A stretch of DNA of 45,641 nucleotides from Kofleriaceae bacterium. GTDB lineage: Bacteria > Myxococcota_A > Polyangia > Haliangiales > Haliangiaceae. Below the pieces are notes generated by a model. That model saw nothing but the letters and a program-made list of their open reading frames with translations. It searched no databases and had not been told where the DNA came from. The stretch is from positions 1 to 45,641 of the forward strand of contig JBKJLC010000160.1 in NCBI GenBank assembly GCA_046597055.1, in the 5' to 3' direction. Shown one piece after another: positions 41,898 to 45,641 of the stretch; within the stretch, counting starts at the first letter, position 1; every line of letters starts with the position of its first letter. The position numbers and the translations under genes were made by a program.

Positions 41898-42776
41898 ATG
41901 GACGTGCTCGCCGCCGTCGATCCGCAAGGTCGCGACGAAACCTACGAACCGACGAGCCCGTGGTGGCTCTCGGGCACGCCGCTCGAGGCCGAGCATCACC
42001 GGCTGATGCGCCGGCGCTCGGTCTCGATCCCGTGGGCCGAGTCGACGGCCGCCGCACTGACCGCGCCGGAGCGTGCTCGGCTCGCCGGCACCTGGATGCG
42101 GCGCTCCGAGGCCGAGTACCTCGCGGTCTCGACCTTCTCCGTGCTCGCGCTCGATCTCGTCGCCGCGCGCGCGCCCGCCGACGTGCTGTCGCTGTGCCTG
42201 CGCGCTGGCATCGACGAGATTCGTCACGCCGAGATGTGCGTGCGGATGGCGGCGATCTACTCGGGCAAGCAGAACCTGCCGCCGTTCGGCATGTCCTCGC
42301 TTCCCGACGAGCCCGAGCGACCGAAGCTGCACCAGGCACTCGCGAACACGATGCTCGTGTCGTGCGTCTCGGAGACCTACGCGACGACCGTGCTCGCCGC
42401 GACCCTCGAGCTGACGACGGATCCCACGGCACATGCCGTGTTGACGTCGATCTACTCGGACGAGGTCATGCACGCGCGGCTCGGCTGGTCGTACCTGCGG
42501 CACGCGATCGAGACCGGCGATGCTGGGGTGATCGAGGCGGCTGCGCAGATGCTGCCGCGCGCGCTACGTGGCGTCGCGAATGTCGTCGAGGCCGAGCGGC
42601 CCGTCGGCGAGGTGACCCCGGCGGTGCGCACGCACGGGCTGATGACACCGGCAGAGGAGCGCGTGATCTTCGCGACCTGCGTGCGCGAGGTCCTGGTACC
42701 CGGCTTCCAGGCGCTCGGCGTGCCCGTCGGCAGTGCCCTCGACGATTACGGAGACGCATGGGCCAGCGCAGCCTGA
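41898..42776 (+). CDS. Ferritin-like diiron-carboxylate protein
   Basis: Paired E...DExxH motifs: EAEYLA...IDEIRH and VSETYA...SDEVMH. Confidence 0.8.
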   Translation: MDVLAAVDPQGRDETYEPTSPWWLSGTPLEAEHHRLMRRRSVSIPWAESTAAALTAPERARLAGTWMRRSEAEYLAVSTFSVLALDLVAARAPADVLSLCLRAGIDEIRHAEMCVRMAAIYSGKQNLPPFGMSSLPDEPERPKLHQALANTMLVSCVSETYATTVLAATLELTTDPTAHAVLTSIYSDEVMHARLGWSYLRHAIETGDAGVIEAAAQMLPRALRGVANVVEAERPVGEVTPAVRTHGLMTPAEERVIFATCVREVLVPGFQALGVPVGSALDDYGDAWASAA

Positions 42777-43387
42777 TCGCCGCCACCACGCTCGCGCTCG
42801 CCGGCCTCGGCGTCGGATGCCCGAGGCGTCACGAGCCCACGCTGCCGACCCGACCGGCCGAGCCCATACTTGCGCCAGTGACCGGCCTTGGTGCCAAGGT
42901 CGTCGCCGACTTCGAGGCCGCGGTCGGCAGGAGCAAGGACGCGTTCGTCGAGCTCTTCGATTTCGCCGCAGTCGGCGAGATGGAGATCCTGCTGCATCGC
43001 TACGATCTCAACGGCCGGCTCGCGATCACCGAGGACGAGCGCGCGCAGTTCGCCGCCGAGGACGGCACGCCGTACACGGCGGAGCGGGAGCGCCGTAACG
43101 TCACGAACTTCTATCCGTTCCTCGCCCAGCGCACCGTCGGCAACGGCGGCTGCATCGCGACCGAGCCACGGACGCGGTACGGCAAGCTACTCGGCCAGCC
43201 GTTCGAGCCGTTGCCCCCGAACACGCCGCCGGCCTACGAGACGCTACGCACGCACGCCAACGAGTGGCTCGCTCGCGGCGGCGTGGTCCGCATCGCGTGT
43301 CGCAACGGCGATGGTGGCCTCGCGCTGGTCTACACGGCGCGCGACAACGCCCGCGGCTACGATCTGATCACGATCTACGACGACTGA
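42758..43387 (+). CDS. Hypothetical lipoprotein
   Basis: GGAG SD and lipobox GVGC. The start overlaps the ferritin-like gene end. Confidence 0.7.
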   Translation: MGQRSLIAATTLALAGLGVGCPRRHEPTLPTRPAEPILAPVTGLGAKVVADFEAAVGRSKDAFVELFDFAAVGEMEILLHRYDLNGRLAITEDERAQFAAEDGTPYTAERERRNVTNFYPFLAQRTVGNGGCIATEPRTRYGKLLGQPFEPLPPNTPPAYETLRTHANEWLARGGVVRIACRNGDGGLALVYTARDNARGYDLITIYDD

Positions 43388-43407
43388 TCGGCACCGCACG
43401 ATCTCGT

Positions 43408-43435
43408 CACGCACGCACGCACGCACGCACGCACG
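43408..43435. repeat. (CACG)7 tetranucleotide microsatellite
   Basis: Seven perfect CACG units between convergent genes. Confidence 0.85.
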
Positions 43436-43490
43436 CGCGCTCGATCCCGCGTGGCACGCAACCGAGCCCACCCGCCACGACCGCCCGCCA

Positions 43491-43754
43491 CTACCGGGAC
43501 GGATGAAGGACGTCGCGATCGCGACGGGCCTTTCCCGCAAGGGTGCTGACGAACACGGGGACTGCGATCAGCACGAACGCGATCGCAGCGAGCGGTTTCG
43601 CGACGAAGATGCACGCGACAAGCAGCGAAAGGATCACCGAGAACAGTGCCGTGAATCCCACGACCGCATGAGGGACGCCATCCGGCTCACGCAACAGGAC
43701 CGCGCCGAGTCCACGATCGAGCTGCGGCATCGCGACCGATCGTCCGTCATGCAT
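43491..43754 (-). CDS. Small 2-TM hypothetical membrane protein
   Basis: Hydrophobic hairpin FTALFSVILSLLVACIF...IAFVLIAVPVFV. Start is uncertain. Confidence 0.5.
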   Translation of the reverse strand: MHDGRSVAMPQLDRGLGAVLLREPDGVPHAVVGFTALFSVILSLLVACIFVAKPLAAIAFVLIAVPVFVSTLAGKARRDRDVLHPSR

Positions 43755-43908
43755 GGAGCGGGCGAAGCATTCTTGCGGTTGGTCTGGCTTCATTCCATCC
43801 AGCAAGAGCATCGCGCGTGCCAAGCAGAAGTGTCCGCGATGTCATCCGCTCGGATCGGCTGCTCGTACCAAGATGTACGCGCCTGGTACTTCGTCCGGTT
43901 CCGCTGCG

Positions 43909-45021
43909 TCAGAGGTAGTAGTGCAGCTGGAGCAAACCGAAGAAATCGCCACGGCTGATCTCGAACGCGACGGTCGATGCTCGCAGTAGCGCGGACACCT
44001 CGAAGTGCGCGCGCGGGAACCACGCCATCTCGATGTCGAGCGCGGCACGTTCGTCGCGACGCGCGCGGAGATCCGGATCGAAGTGATGTGCCCCCAACGC
44101 GAGGCTCCAGCTCTTCCCGGCGCGATACCGAGCGTTGGCGTAGCCCACAAGTCGGCCGACATTTGCACCATCGAGATGGATGACGCCACCGTCGAGCTCG
44201 ACCGAGAGCAGCAGATTCACCGACGACAGCCAACGCTTCCATGCGCCACCGGCCCAGCTCTCCGTGCTGCCGTCGTCGTGAAGCGCCTTGCCGTGGAGCG
44301 ACCAGCTGCCCGTGCCATCTCCGGTGATGTGCTCGATGTGGAACGCGCCTCCCCAGCCATGCCGCCCGACGCGCGGCGCGAGCTCGAGCGGCGTCAGCAA
44401 GGTGACGTGTGCCTCCCAGGTATCCTTGATCAGCCCTCCGCTCGCGGCGTAGCTCTCCTCGAGCGTGTGCAGGCCGGTGTACCGACGTACGTAGGCGGTG
44501 TGATCCGGAATCCGTAGCCCGAACATCGGAAAGAACCGGCCTGCGCGGACGTACCATTCGCGCGATTCGGCCTGATAGAGGATGTAGTGCTCGCGACTGC
44601 CGAGGCGATCGGTGAGTGGCTGCGCCTTGCGAATCGCGGCGAGCACGCCAAACGTCGCCTGCGCCGACACATTACCGCGTGCGACGCGTGCGTAGACATC
44701 CGCCTGCATCGGGAACACGGCGGTTTCGGTTCCCTGGCGGACGTGCTTGCCGAGCGCCGCGACGCGGAGGTCACCGCCGAGCGCCAGCCAGGTCGGCAAC
44801 TCGAACAGACCGTGCGCGAACCGGCCGTCTCCGGCACCGGAGATCGTCGTCGCTGCTTCATCGCGTCCGTAGTCGTTGATCAGACCACCACCGACGGGCG
44901 AGAAGTGACATTCGGAACAGCGCGTCGTCCCGGTCGAGAACTGGAACTCGGGATAGCCATCCGCTCTCCCGAGACCGATCACGAGGACGAACACGACGGT
45001 CGACCAGAACGTCAATCGCAT
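43909..45021 (-). CDS. Outer-membrane beta-barrel with N-terminal CxxCH heme motif
   Basis: Signal peptide, CSECHFSPVGGG, amphipathic beta strands and C-terminal LLQLHYYL barrel signature. Confidence 0.75.
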   Translation of the reverse strand: MRLTFWSTVVFVLVIGLGRADGYPEFQFSTGTTRCSECHFSPVGGGLINDYGRDEAATTISGAGDGRFAHGLFELPTWLALGGDLRVAALGKHVRQGTETAVFPMQADVYARVARGNVSAQATFGVLAAIRKAQPLTDRLGSREHYILYQAESREWYVRAGRFFPMFGLRIPDHTAYVRRYTGLHTLEESYAASGGLIKDTWEAHVTLLTPLELAPRVGRHGWGGAFHIEHITGDGTGSWSLHGKALHDDGSTESWAGGAWKRWLSSVNLLLSVELDGGVIHLDGANVGRLVGYANARYRAGKSWSLALGAHHFDPDLRARRDERAALDIEMAWFPRAHFEVSALLRASTVAFEISRGDFFGLLQLHYYL

Positions 45022-45398
45022 GGAGCCCCGCGACTCATCCACGACTCGAACAGCTCGATCTCGATGTCTGCGAGCCGTCCGTTGGGTGGCATCCCGGTGG
45101 GACCTTCCCTGCGCAACAGGCCGGAGAGGAGACTGCTGGTGGGATTCATCACGTCGACGTAGCCCGTGACCGGCGTGGTCGCATCTCCGCACTTGCGTCC
45201 GGTCAGGCTCTCGTACGCCGCAGCATCATCATGGAGCGCGAGATTCCCTGCGACGGAGAGCTCCGAGTGACACGCGCTCGTCGTGCAGCTCGGCACGATG
45301 ATCGCCGAGTAGATGTAGTCCCACCGCTCGGGACGCTCGGTCGCGCACGCGGTCGCGGTCGCGAGCCAGGCCAGCGTCGCGACCAGCGCGAGCTTCAT
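45012..45398 (-). CDS. Small lipoprotein c-type cytochrome (CX4CH...MPP)
   Basis: Lipobox ATAC, CTTSACH, distal MPP ligand and a terminal WMSRGA motif. Confidence 0.7.
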   Translation of the reverse strand: MKLALVATLAWLATATACATERPERWDYIYSAIIVPSCTTSACHSELSVAGNLALHDDAAAYESLTGRKCGDATTPVTGYVDVMNPTSSLLSGLLRREGPTGMPPNGRLADIEIELFESWMSRGAPCD

Positions 45399-45640
45399 CG
45401 ATGAGCGTCCGAGGCGTTCGCCACGTACACCAGTCGCCCACCCGCGTCGCCGACGCGGTAGCCGGCATAGGAGCCCGCGAACAGCCCGGCGATCGCGATC
45501 GCACCGAGGATCTGCTGGCGATGTCGATCGCGCTGAAGGAGGAACGTCACGCCACACAGGACGAGGTTCCCACCAGCGACGTACAAGAACCAGTACGCCC
45601 GTGACTCATGAGTCGACAGCGCTTCCTCGCTCGCATAGCC
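45395..45640 (-). CDS. Partial membrane protein, DUF2231-like (start lies beyond the window end)
   Basis: Open to the window edge: ...THESRA, two TMs, GDAGGRLVY. ATGA overlap with the next gene. Confidence 0.5.
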   Translation of the reverse strand, partial: GYASEEALSTHESRAYWFLYVAGGNLVLCGVTFLLQRDRHRQQILGAIAIAGLFAGSYAGYRVGDAGGRLVYVANASDAHR

Positions 45641-45641
45641 C

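Noticed and set aside
43503..43958. 151-aa plus-strand ORF
   Set aside because: Charged antisense mirror of a hydrophobic minus-strand membrane protein.

Overview
Very GC-rich, gene-dense bacterial chromosomal segment. The gene content and protein style (many lipoproteins, Cys-rich and low-complexity proteins) suggest a myxobacterium, possibly Haliangiales/Kofleriaceae-like; this is inference. Recognisable housekeeping genes are glnD, a plsB-like acyltransferase, a degenerate gpsA paralog, a RecQ-family helicase, tkt, an ABC exporter, a MATE transporter, an M16 peptidase pair, an M1 peptidase and a PAS hybrid kinase. No rRNA, tRNA, CRISPR array or transposase was seen. Two systems stand out. 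(1) A cryptic selenoprotein candidate at 19444-21516 (-). The called ORF extends upstream through two in-frame TGA codons forming a U-A-G-U (UxxU) motif just after a signal-like peptide, followed by an fdhF-like SECIS hairpin. The protein fuses a putative outer-membrane beta-barrel, a His-rich linker, a thioredoxin domain and a cupredoxin-like domain. (2) Two tandem small lipoprotein-like genes share an N-terminal RTVVFAGAML leader and an identical C-terminal TGRGFILS motif and lie directly upstream of a ferritin-like diiron enzyme (41053-42776), a candidate new RiPP or post-translational modification system.
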